A stretch of DNA of 64,000 nucleotides, taken from Nageia nagi. Its lineage: Eukaryota; Plantae; Pinophyta. Made by a program: the position numbers and the translations under genes. Below the pieces are notes generated by a model. That model saw only the letters and a list, made by a program, of their open reading frames with translations, searched no databases and had not been told where the DNA came from. Below, piece after piece: positions 26,787 to 39,388 of this stretch; within the stretch, counting starts at the first letter, position 1; every line of letters starts with the position of its first letter. The stretch is taken from assembly GCA_050084985.1 (NCBI GenBank), contig JBITNC010000001.1:121768001-121832000 (forward strand), read 5' to 3'.

Positions 26787-27425
26787 TTAGGATGATCTTA
26801 TATGGCCTATCAAGTGTTGAAACCAAATCTCATTCTAAACAATCATTTTTACCCTTCAACTACTAGGGAAAAGCAAAATCATGTATCATACTTTATTATG
26901 GTGTAATTATTCCACTATGAGGCTATGCTTAGGATGATCTTATATAGCTTGTCAAACCCCAAAACCACCTCTCATCCTAATCAATCATGTACTATAGTAC
27001 CCTTCAACTGTTAGGGAAAAGTAGAATTATGTATTATATTTTATCATAGTGTTTCATGATTTTTTTATTGTAATGTTTTGTTGGGATGATCTTATATGGC
27101 CTATAATGTGCCAAAGCTAACTATCATCCTAATTGATCATGTACTATATCACCCTTCAACTACTTGAGCAAATCAAAGATAATTTCCCTTTTAGCATTTA
27201 AATTCGTTTAGCTTAGCTTAGTTTAGATTAGATTAAATGTTTGTTTATTATCTAATATTTTCTTGATCCACCTATTAAATGCTATCCTACCTTAATTATC
27301 AAGTCATTATCTTCAAACTTGATTCCATATTATATATCCTATCATGCATTGAAACTTGACTAGGGTTGAGTGATTAGGTTGATCTGTATGGCCTATCATA
27401 TGCCAAAACTAGCTCTCATCTTAAT
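26787..27425 (+). repeat. ~150-bp tandem units (hairpin plus pseudoknot-like module) in the Tat 3' region
   Basis: TTAGGATGA...TCATCCTAA followed by ACCCTTCAACTACTAGGGAAAAG at ~26787, 26929 and 27081; hairpin-only copy at ~27374. Confidence 0.8.
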
Positions 27426-27545
27426 CATTTTGTTATCTTAAGTTATTTATCATTATTGATTATTAGCTTACTTTCATTGTATCATTTAACCTATTTTTGT
27501 ACTTAGCTTCTTTCAAGCTTGAAGCTTAGCACAAAAATGTGCATC

Positions 27546-28600
27546 TGTAAGCACCTAAAAAGTGCATTTTATATTATCTATAGTGTCATGTGATCATTCA
27601 TCATCATCTCATGGTCATTCATAGTCCTTTTTGGCATTTTAGGCAAAATCATTCCTTTTTCAAATGACTGATAGGTCATTCAAATGACTAACAGGTCATT
27701 TGAATGACTAGTAGATCATTTAAATGATCCTAACTATGTATTTTTAAAACCTAAAAGTTTGAATCTATTTACCATCCAAATAGGTAAGCAGTAGACCCCA
27801 TGCACCTAGATGAAAGGTGGTGCACTCAAGCACATTGAAAAGACTAGTCAATGAGGGCATATCCTTTTGGTCTCCCACTTTTACTTAGGGGCATCCTCCA
27901 CTTGCAAACAATGTCCATTATGACCAAGCTATAGACTTTCTCCACACTCTAATCAATTCCACACTCAATAGAATCTATTCCATGATAGAGAACAACATTC
28001 ACTGCAACTAAACCAAATAAGAACCATAGAAGCAAAGTGCAACCAAGTCCAACCATATGCAATGGAGAATACAATCAGTTGATCCAAGAACACTCTCTAG
28101 CAAAGTATAGAGCATCAAGAAAACACAACACTCAAGTTTTTGGTCTTTGCTTACAGGTATTGGAGCTAGTTTGGAGAGGAGAATCAAGGATCCATTAGAC
28201 CTACTATATCCTTACATATATTTCATTGCATGCATTTTGTATGTCATGTAGTATATCTCCTAGGCTAGATCCATATAACTTAGTTTATTTTTATAATTCT
28301 GATCATTATTTTAGCACTATATAAGCATGTCACCTTGCATAATATGCATTTATTTATTTTCTAGCACCCATTTTGCTATGGGATAAGGATCTAAATTCAT
28401 TCAAGGATGTTTAAAACCTCTCCTTGAATATGATTTGGGGCCTTAAGGGACCATAGTGTAGGAATCCCTTCTAACATTTGTCTACTACAGGTCTAGATCA
28501 ACTACCATCCATCCAAGCACATCATAATAAAAGAAATATTTTAGACATCACAAAGTAAGCATCCCTAAAGGACACTGTGTAGTTTTTGGATTCTCACACA
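27546..28600 (+). mobile_element. Putative 3' LTR (~1.05 kb) of a Tat element, possibly the same element as pol 2695-6356
   Basis: Starts TGTAAGCACC after a decayed purine-rich tract and ends ...TCACACA, directly abutting an unrelated integrase. It shares the GTCATT(C/T)(A/G)AATGAC palindrome with the 11.3-12.0 kb region. Confidence 0.55.
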
Positions 28601-29880
28601 ATGAACCCATGAAGTAAAGGGATTGGATAGACCAATTTGATAAAATACTTCTAGTATGGAAGATTATTACAACACCTTAATGCATCACAAAGGAATAGAT
28701 TCAAGTTGCATGCCTCAAGTTGTACCATGAATAAAGATATTCTCTACCAAGAAAATCATGATAGGGAGTTGTTGAGATGCATAAATCTAGAAGAATTAGA
28801 ATGAATAATAAATGAATTTTATTTTGGTTCTTCCAAGGGCCACTATTCAGGTTATACTACTACAACAAAAATCATGCAAGTTGGGTACTATTAGCCAACC
28901 AGTTTCAAGGATACTTTTAGAGTCTCTAAGGAGTATGAAAAATATAAATGTTATATGGGGAGAATGAAGATAGAAAACCTCTCTCTATAATTGATTATAG
29001 TTGATATAACTTTCCAATAATGGGGTTTATATTTTATTAGAGTCATAAATCTAAATTATTCATTCAAAAATAAGTTCATCCTATTTGCAAAAGACTACTT
29101 CACTAGATGGGTTGAGGCAATTTCCACTATGAACTCATAGCAAGAGATAATTATAAATTTTGTAGATAAGTTGATCACCAGATTTGGGATACCAATGGTA
29201 ATTATTTTAGGAAATTGTCCAACATTCCTTGGAATAAACTTAATAATGTTTGTAATAAAATATGGCATGTATTAGAGGAACTCTTCTAACTATTATACTT
29301 GGGGCAATGGTTTTACTGAGTATACTAACAAAAATCAACTTTAGATACTAAAGAGGACTATTCAAGAGAATTGAAAAGATTGGGATAAGAAATTAGACTT
29401 CGCTCAATGGTAAGATCACATTACGGTAAATACATCTATCAATAATTCCCCCTACACTTTAGTTCATAGGAAAAGAGGAATATTACTTAGCTATATTGAA
29501 CTCTTGACACTAAAAATCTTGTAAAAATACAACATGTTGGAATTCAAACCCATGCAAATTTGACTATGTGAATTACTACATTTAGAAGAAGTTTAGAATA
29601 AATCCTACAAATAATTGCAAAAGAGGAATAATATAATAAAGAAATAGTTTGATAAGAAGAAGGCTAATGTAAAATATTTAAAAGAAGGTGACTTGGTTTT
29701 AAAGTGGGATGAAGACATAGCCAAGCCCAGGAGGTATTAAAAGTTTGATTCAATGTGGTCCAAGATATATGTCATTAGATAGGAAAAAAGTTCAATTCTT
29801 TTGAGTTGGTGAGACTGGATGGTTAAATTTGGACCATTCCAATCAATAACATTCATTTAAAACCACACATTGGATAAATG
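28601..29880 (+). pseudogene. pol: Ty3/gypsy (Tat-like) integrase with GPY/F C-terminus, decayed
   Basis: Translation shows GHYSGYTTTTKIMQVGYY (zinc-finger region), DYFTRWVEAI, RFGIP, SSNYY..GNG..EYTNK and FKEGDLVLKWDE. Confidence 0.85.
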
Positions 29881-31647
29881 TTAGTGGGAAAATGTCAATT
29901 ATCTTGTATAGTAGTTTGAATATCATGTTTAGTACTAGTTATTTTAATGTAAACGGGTATGCATTGATTACATCCAATAAGTCAAAAGATGGGAAGCTTT
30001 GATGAAGTTTGACATAGATAGTGGAGTTAGTGCATGAGTATATTTAATGCTTCATAGGGCTTGATATGATGCTTTTGTATTTTAAAACTTATTCATTTTT
30101 GCATACAAATAAGCTATCCAAAGAACTTAATTAAGTTTGAAGACCAAGAGCTGAGCTAAGTTTTACATTAGAGAACATATTTTGAGTTTGCAACAAGAAC
30201 CAAATTGGAAGCAAAAAGAGGGAAAAAAGTTGAATAGACTTAACTTTATATGCAAAACTAGAGAAAAATAATAACTTCTGAATAAGATAAAGGGAATAAT
30301 TTACAACATGTTCTAGGTTTGGATGTTAAAATGCCCATCCTCATGACCAAATAGAAGAGGGAGAATAAACCCAAAAAATAGAGTGATGGTTTAGAATGCA
30401 TTCAAGATACATAGATCAAAAGATCTCACTAAAATATAAAAAGTATGACCTAGTCTCTTTGTTTCCAAGAAAAGGAAAATATAGTTCATAAGGGTCACAA
30501 AAATATATTTGTATTTATTTTCATGAAAATTCAACCATTCTGAAATTTAAATTAATTCAAATTAGCAAACCCAAAAGAGAGGCTGGTAAGGATTACAAAT
30601 GGGTTTGTGGTGTCAAACATTTTTGAAAAGTAATTAGAAAAGCCTTGTAAGTACTATACATTTTTATCAATATAATATACATATACATAGGGGAGAAAAT
30701 GAATCAATACAATAACAAAATTATAATATGTATGGTCAGAAACTATAATAATGAATTCGACATAAAAGTGCCTAAAAAAGAAATGCCCAAATAGGAGGTA
30801 CCAATATCCAAATTTTGGAATGATATGCAAATGATTATTTTTTATGCTAGCTATGGTACTCTAGGAAAGGTTTGAAAAGCTAGTATCTCATTACCACATA
30901 TCTATGGTATACATCATCACACCCCACTAAAGTGTTTCATCTTCAATTTACCATAGTTTATTTTAAAAAATATATTCAACAACTGATAAACCTTATAGAG
31001 ATTGACCTCTTCACATATGTATCACATATAATTTTTGTTGAATGGAAAAGCAAAGCATTATCAACCAAGCATTGGATGGAGGAAAATACCCAACCTATGG
31101 TATTTGGAACATATCGATTCCTATTTCCAACTAGGCATGAAAAGCCTTCTATTATGATAGGATGAACAATTTAATTTAAGGTCAAAATTTATAGGAAAGA
31201 GAGAAAATGTACTAGAAATGGAAATATAAGAAATATAAGGTTTAGGGAGCATGGAAAGGGAAAGTAAATGACCCTAAGGCCTTCATACCTAGATTTTTAA
31301 TAATAGGCTCACTGCAATCACTAAGCTACTAGGAATGACACAAAATATGTTACAAAATTTAGTTAACTAAAGATAATAGATTTAGTTTCACATGAATTAC
31401 ATTTCTAACAATTTAAATGTACATTTCAAATTCCACAACATAAGGAAGAGTGAGATACTATAACACAATCAATCATTCATGAAAGCAATCCACATTATAA
31501 AGATTAGTCAACTAGTTATCAAATAACTTTTACCATGTTTTACTCAGTTTCATTCCTATCAGTACATAGATTTTGATTAACATATTATATATATAATGAT
31601 GTTTTCCTACATGGATGAGGTTATTAGTCAAATGTACATTAGTATTG

Positions 31648-31648
<1 letters not shown>

Positions 31649-31698
<50 letters not shown>
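31649..31698. repeat. (TA)25 microsatellite
   Basis: Seen directly. Confidence 0.97.
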
Positions 31699-31699
<1 letters not shown>

Positions 31700-32556
31700 T
31701 ATAACAAAATTATACATAGGGATTGCAGGCTTTTGATACTAAACAAAAGACCCTTCTAACTATCATGCTCTATATATTTATAGAGTAATTACAATGGCAC
31801 TACAATGGATAAGAAGTATGTTCATGTATTCATTTACCTAGTTCTAACATATGCTAATACTTCTCATCAATGTGTGATCAACCATTTGTAAAGTGTTATA
31901 TTTGTTGGTAGTGAGCTTCTCCTTTAGTCCAATGGTTTTAGGTGTTCTTTGAGTGTTCTAATGTATTTTATTGATAAAATATTTTATGAGAATTTAATTT
32001 TATCACCATCCTCTAAGTAAGCATGCTTTTTTATGTACTTTTGTATCCTTTATAGATTTGATTAGCTATTCTTCTATAGATATAACAATTTTAGGGACTT
32101 TTTATCTAAATTCATGCTAATTGAAAAAGTTACTTGTTTGGATAATATGGCTAAGCAAAGGTATGGTTGAAATGAATACCTAGTAATTAGATAGAGATTT
32201 TGACAAGGTTGACATGTTGGCATCACCATGGGTTTCCATTGGGTAAGTGTAGGCTATTGAATTCTCTCTTGAAGGTACTACATCAAATCTTTGAGAGTTA
32301 TAACCTTTAGGTATTATATGTTTATCCATATTTGGGTGCTACTAGGCATGGTTTCTAGCTTTGAAAAACTTTTAGAATAGAAGATTATATTATACTTAAA
32401 ATACCCTTGATCTTAGTAGCTATTAGCATTCAATCACCTATTAGGGTATTTAGGTTCGATAGAGACTCGGATTGGGGATATTACATTCCAAAGTGACATC
32501 AATGGTTGAATATTCCCTAAATATGTGATCTACTTTTATATCAATCATTGAGTTCA

Positions 32557-35500
32557 TACTACTAAATTATACCTAATTTCCATGCTTTTTTGCATCAAAA
32601 TGCTTTGTGATTTTTTTTCCTCTTTTTTGATGCAAATTTTGATGCAAATGCCATGCAGAATTTGCATCCTTTTTGAGACTATTTTTGCATCCTTAAACCA
32701 ACTTTTTGCATCATTTTTTACATAAAAAGGTATCCTTATTTGCATTTGAAGGAGTCATTTTTTACATTGAAAGGGGTCAGTTTTTGCATCCTAAGGGGTC
32801 CTTTTTTGATCAAATTTTCTTGTGTTGCATCTCTTATTACATCCAAAACTACATCAATTTTATCTAAAAATTAAAAACAAATCATTTTTTAATATTTAAT
32901 ATATTTTTTCCATTTCTATTAAAATGCCAATCATACATCAAAATAATATATCAATTTCACCAATAGTAAGTAAAATAATATGCACATCATATGCATGCCA
33001 AAATAATATGCAAATTGTATGCATGCCAAAGTAATATGTAAATTGCACTCTACAATATACATGAATTGTACATTGCAATATATGTGAACTATAATCCAAT
33101 CGTAAGCCTTTTTTGGTTGATGAATCATATGCCAAAATAATATGCCAATAATATTATGTACAAAATATGACAAAAATGGGTAAAAATATGCTAAAATCTA
33201 TAAACCAAAATATGGGTCAATAAAACCATGATAACATCCACATTAAAATATACCAAAATGATATACATCTATACATAAAATTACATCAAAAATGGTATAC
33301 ATGTTTGTGTCAATAATACATCCACATGATATCTCAAAAATGATACAATTGTACTACTCACATCATGAGTACAAAATGATAGTATTACTAGTACTCAATA
33401 TCAACCTTATTGCTAGATCCAAACTCAATACTTATAGACTCACCACCACCACTTGAGCCACTACCTATCCCACTACTTGAGCCAATATAATGAATATGAC
33501 TTTATCTACTAGGACATTCCATCTCATCATCTAAAAAGTCATTGAATCTCATGTCCTAGGTAAATGATGAATCACTATCATCTGATGCACCTCGATGGCC
33601 CTATAATGCACCTCCATGTAATGCACCCCCTATGATGCAGTACCCTCCTACAAGTAATAAGAAAATAAACATTAGTATACATACAATCACACTTACAAAA
33701 TATATGCATAACCTACAAGAAATTCATGATATGATTTTATTAATTAAAATAATTGAAATTACTTACACCAGCATTCATCATGTCCCTTAGGGTGTGGTAA
33801 CCATATGTGATGCCATATTGACATTCATTGTCATCAAGAAATTGATTTAAATCTCTAAACTAAATAAAAAATTTAATTAGTATGATATTAAAAACCATTT
33901 ATATCTATCATTGAAAATCATTTCATGTAGTAAATAAACTTAACAAATCGAACATCCATATTCTTTACCCCTCCACTTCCCGCTCAATGCATAATACTGC
34001 TTCCCAATTTGCCAAGTTGGGACTTCGATATTTTTTCTTATGACTTCTCCAAGTATTTAATTCCTTTTATTTTCCTTTTATAATTTCTTCATTAGCATCT
34101 TCCAAACCTCTTTATGAAATAATTAAATAGTATTATGTTAAAAAAATCAATTAATCAAGTTCAAATAATAAATATGAATGATAATATTCCATACTTTCTT
34201 ATGGATGTCAACTAGTTTTTGTGCTAAGGTTATTTGGTCAAGGAAAGTTTCATCACTTTTCATATAACATGATCTCTAACATATTTAGATTCAATACTGC
34301 CTATTGGAGCACTTTCTTCTCGCTCCACCCTTCACCAAATTCATGTTTCATGTTTGTTATTATTCTCTTCTTTGCTACAAAAATACAAATTATAACAAAT
34401 TATTTTTAGTATATTGAAATATTAATTAACTAAATATAAATATACATACCAAAAAATTATGCAAAATATGTAAATAAATACATACCAAAGTCATCTTGTT
34501 TCTTCCATAGCCTATCAACAATTTCTACAAATTCTACTATTACAACATTCTTGAGAGATTTGTAAAATAGTGTGCCTAAAAAATAGTTGAAATCATATTA
34601 GAAATATTAATATACTTCTAATCAATATGTAAATTTATATTTTTCAAACAAAAAATATTACCATTATCATCTTTTAGGACCTCTCCATTTGGCCTCACAT
34701 AAATTTGAAGATTTCTAGAGCCTTAAGTTGTTGGCAATTGTTGATTCATTGACTTTGCACATACATATATTACATGAATCACATCATAAATATGTTTCAA
34801 AATATTAAGTAGAATAATTTTGTATTACTTTTAATAAATTAACTAATTAATTATAAATAATTACCTAAAGGAGTGACACCATGTCTTTTCGGCATGGTAA
34901 CACCACCTGCTCCTCTAGCATCATCACTCTTGATCATCGGCATCAACTCATCTTGGCTAAACATACATTTAGAAAATTTGACAACCCTCTTAAATTTATT
35001 TGATTTTTCTAGAAAGTAAATAAATAAGTGATTACATTTTGTACTTAAGAAAATATATATAGTATAATTTAAAGCTGTGTTGATATTACATAATACATAT
35101 GGATACTTACAAGTATTTTAATTTTTGCAATTTTCATCCATCTCTTCTTTTGTATCTAATTATTTTGATTTCTTTTTTCCCTTATCTTTATCTTTGTCAC
35201 CCTTCTTTCCAGTCCCCATATGTGGGCAATGGTGATCACTAGAAGAAAGTAAACAAAATTTTAGTAGTTATGTTAATATTATAGAATGGAAAACATATGT
35301 TGATATTTCCTATTCTCATCAAAATTAGAGATAACATCATTTACTAAATAACATCAAAATACATTAATAATAAAATCATTTAATAAATAACATCATAGGC
35401 ACACAAATGTGTAGGATGATCTAGATAGAAGGCATTTGCAAACACATACTAGAGAATGGTGCAATTGGAAATGATGAGGAACACAATGGTTATCCTTATC

Positions 35501-36790
35501 TTGATCCTCTTGTATCTTACATAATTATACAACATTAACACCCTTATGCTTCAAAGATAGATTACTCATGGATCAAGGGGCACATTATGTTCCTTATCCA
35601 TTTTTTCATCTTCTACAATTTATGTTTTTATTACAAATACAAGCTCTACTAATTTAGATTATGAACACTCTTCGATATTATCTTTTGAATCACTCACTTT
35701 AATTTGGATATTTATGGTCTTCCTCTTCTTCCTTTATCATTTCCAACATAATCCTTAGTCTCTCATTTTTTAAAATTTTTCTTATTAATTACCCTTTCCT
35801 TCTTAGTTTCAAATATAAGCATTTAGCTTGTTCAAAAAAGGTGAATTGGTAATGTATGTTGTTTCCATTGCAAAGGCCCAACTTTGAATCTTTCTAGACA
35901 TGTTATGGATGTTAAGTATCTTTATCCAAAACTTAAAAAGGGTGTTTCCTACCAAAAAATCATTTGCATTTAATCTTCTAAATGTTATTTCTTATTTACT
36001 TTTCTTATATTGTAGTAGTTAGTAACAACCATATTCTTTATCCATATACTTTAGTATAACCAATTTAGAGAAAGGCTTCCTGAGATTTATTATAACAAAT
36101 GTTAAAGTATAAATTTGTAGGTTCCATTTCAATTGTACCCTCAAAAATCATCCATTATGTTGTCAATTTATTTAAATGTATCAATTTCCTAGAATTTAAT
36201 AATAATCTATACATTCTAATCCAAATAGAAAACAAAGATAAATTTAGAACTTTTGGAATGAATTTCCCATGCCATCAAGTTAGCAAAAGGCCAACTATTT
36301 TTGTAAATTAAGTATATTATACCAAAAAAAATCAATTATGGTTTAAATTATATTTAATTTACTAAATTATAATTTAACAAATTATGTTTAATTTACTAAA
36401 ATCAATCAAGTTCACAAGTTTTTTGGAATTATTAGTTTAAGAAGCAACTTCTTAGAGCATAAGAAGAGTTTCATAAATTGGTAGATAAGACAAGTTTTTG
36501 GAGAACAAGGAAGAGTTCCAAAGTTATGAATTTCATAGATATGTCCCTATTTTTATCAGCATTTCATTTTATGGTGCAATGTAAAGAATTTGTTTCAATT
36601 TGTTGGTGCATTTTTTATTTTATGGTGTATTGTTGAGAAGGAATGAATTTGATTTCAATTTTTTTGGTACATTGTTAAGAAGGAATGGGTTTAGTTTCTG
36701 ATTTCATGGTGCTTTGTTGATAAATTCAACTAAAACGTTATGGGGAATTTAAAAAACCCTAGCATATGGAATTAACTTTCAATTTTAGCA
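32557..36790 (-). mobile_element. Probable non-autonomous CACTA/EnSpm derivative (right end not identified)
   Basis: Degenerate terminus TACTACTAAA at 32557; clustered subterminal repeats (TTTTTGCATC/ATGCAAA) at 32580-32830; repeats at 36540-36720; an internal spliced gene remnant. Confidence 0.5.
33388..35219 (-). pseudogene. Multi-exon pseudogene, probably TnpA-like (CACTA accessory gene)
   Basis: GC-richer exons alternate with ~100-bp AT-rich introns bounded by CT...AC (minus-strand GT..AG, several GTAAGT/GTATGT donors). First exon MGTGKKGDKDKDKGKKKSK; middle exons with H.GSGG-like motif; Ser/Gly/Asp-rich last exon; internal stops. Confidence 0.6.
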
Positions 36791-36799
36791 TGCATTGTT

Positions 36800-37240
36800 G
36801 ATAGTTTATTTTTATATATTGAATCCTAACATAATTATAATTATAATACACTACATATATGGTATTTCATGTTGTTCCTCTCAAATATTTGATGGTAAAA
36901 CAACACCTTTCAAGAAGAGTCACAAAATTTCTAATGTTATTACTAAAATTTGACTTGATGTTTGTGAAAAAAAGATGATAAAAGGATAAGATATAGCTAA
37001 CTTGATGGTTGAATTCCCTTAGAAAAATGATTATATATCATATGAAGAATTTCTAAATAAATATGCTTCCTATATATAGAAATAAGGGTGGGTGCATTGT
37101 ATGTCTAAAATATAAATTCTATATGAGTACACATTCATCATGTAGAAGAGAAAACTATTGAGTGGATCCTTTGTTTTGATGGTTCTATATGTACTTATTA
37201 TGTAAGGGTAGATATAATCCTTTTGATTGAGATAGTCATT
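36800..37240 (+). pseudogene. pol: Tat pol fragment (RNase H C-terminus to start of aRH)
   Basis: PLKYLMVKQHLSRRVTKFLMLLLKFDL...IKG*DIANL...WILCFDGS, homologous to 4360-4630. Confidence 0.75.
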
Positions 37241-39388
37241 CGCAAGCTCATCCTAATGGTGTTGGATATGTAAGGGTAGATATATTTCAATGATCAACAA
37301 TGAACCCATTTTGTATCACTTCTTTATACTAGAAAAAAAAAGGATGGAGTGGACATTTTGTATATGGTAATCCACATCGGGTAAACCATATTAAATATGT
37401 GTCTATTTTATCTTATGTTATTTTGCATTATCTTTTTCATTTTATTTATTTCTTTTCATTATTATTATTCTAAACAATTGGTATCAAATCAAGGTTCATA
37501 AACTCACTTAAAAGGAGCATTCCTAGTTCAAATGAGAGCAATGGTTGAAGAATGAAACTTTAGGGCTGATAAGTTTAAAAAATAAAACTAACAACTATGG
37601 AAGATGAAAATAGAGGAATATTAATATAAAAAAAGATATTTACCTACCATTAAGTGGAATAGAAAATAAGTTGATGAGTATGATAGACAAAGAATGGAAC
37701 TTATTAACATAAAGGTATTAGGAACCATAGGATTATGTGTAGCAACAATAATGGCCTTCAACATTCCAAAAGTAGAAGAAAACAAAGGATTTAATGAAGG
37801 CATTTGATAAATTATATGAAAACCTTTAGCTTTGATAAAGGTATTTCTAATGAAATAATTATTTAATATGAATATGCTAGAAAATGGGTTCATTGTTGAT
37901 CATTGAAATATAACATAGTTAGTAGTAAGTTAATATTTGTAGGAGTATATTTTGATATTAAGGTTAGTTCTCTTTTTATCTTATGTTTATTACTAGACTG
38001 ATATAATATTTTGATCATGAATATGATTAATTGTATCTCTTGTTTAATAAATTTAAAATTTAATGATGTTGTTATTATTATCCCGTAAAGAAATATGATA
38101 GAAAGCATAGATGAGACATCAAGTAATGCTTTGAATATGGATAATAGGGAAATATCAAGGGAGAGAGGAAAGATCCTAACAAATTATGGGAATTAAATAA
38201 AAGGTATATCTAAATCTAAAGAAAGACTAGAATGCTAGCATTATTCAAGGAAAGAACAATTGAAAAGATATTGTTGGTCTTAAAAAGAGAAAAATGAGTA
38301 TGAATGAAAACATAATCATGAAGAAGAAAATGTAACATTATAACATGTTATATGATGTAAGATTATTTAATCCTTATATTAGATAATAATATTGATTATT
38401 GGGTGATGAACACAAGGGTTTCATTTTATGCCACACCCCATAGGAAATTATTTCAAGACTAAGTTCAAGGTGACTTTGGATAGATCTATTTAGGTGATGA
38501 TCATGCATGTAAAATTATTGGTATAAGTAATATATAGATAAAATTACCAAATAAAATTACATTATTTCTAAAAGAGGTAAAGCTTATTCTTAATTTTGAA
38601 ATCAAATCTAATTTCAATAGGGAGGATAAGAGATGAAGGTTGTATAGTTTCATTCATAACATTTTAATGGAAGGTTACTAAAGGATATATTATAGTAGAA
38701 ATAAAAAGAGGATAGCTACATTGTATTTATATACTATAAATATTGATCCTTCAATTTATTTACCTTTTATAGGAGAGAATATAAATTTAATTCATTGTAG
38801 CCTTAGGTATATGAGTGAGAATAGAATGAATATTATATAATAAAGGAATTTATTTGCATACTTGAAGTAGATTTATTTGGTTTATGTGAGAACTATGTGT
38901 ATACAAAATAGAAGTTAGATTTATTAGAATTGGAAAAAAAAGAATGAGTTAAAAGTTAGAGTCTATATATACAAACATATAGGGACCAACTGAAGTATTA
39001 TATTTATTTGGTTCTTATTATTATGTTACTTTTATTGATGGTGCAATTAGAAAAACTTGGGTTTGTCATATTTGAAAAAAATATGATGTCTTTGATACTT
39101 CCAAGAAATGGAAAGATTTATTTGAAAATGAACATAAAATAAGTTAAAGTATCTCATATTTGATAGTGAAGGTAAATACTACAAAGGAGTTTAATAGTTA
39201 CCATGGGATTTGCATAATGAAGACAATTCTAAGATCACCATAAGAAAATGGTGTGTTAGAAATGATGAATAGGAAAATCATGGAACATGATAGTTTTATG
39301 AGATTACATGCAAGATTTTCATTATAGTTTTGGTAATATATGGATATTATTTTATACTTATCAAATAGAGGACCTTCAAGTTCCCTAG

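Noticed and set aside
26787-27180. CRISPR-like array
   Set aside because: Eukaryotic context, degenerate repeats, related spacers and no cas genes.
26787-27425. Canonical hammerhead ribozyme call
   Set aside because: No copy has CUGANGA, and stem III (GAAAC...GUH) does not pair. Kept only as an unassigned structure.
33697-33712. 16-nt micro-exon
   Set aside because: The flanking introns would be only ~50 nt, too short for typical plant introns; a single ~119-nt intron is more plausible.
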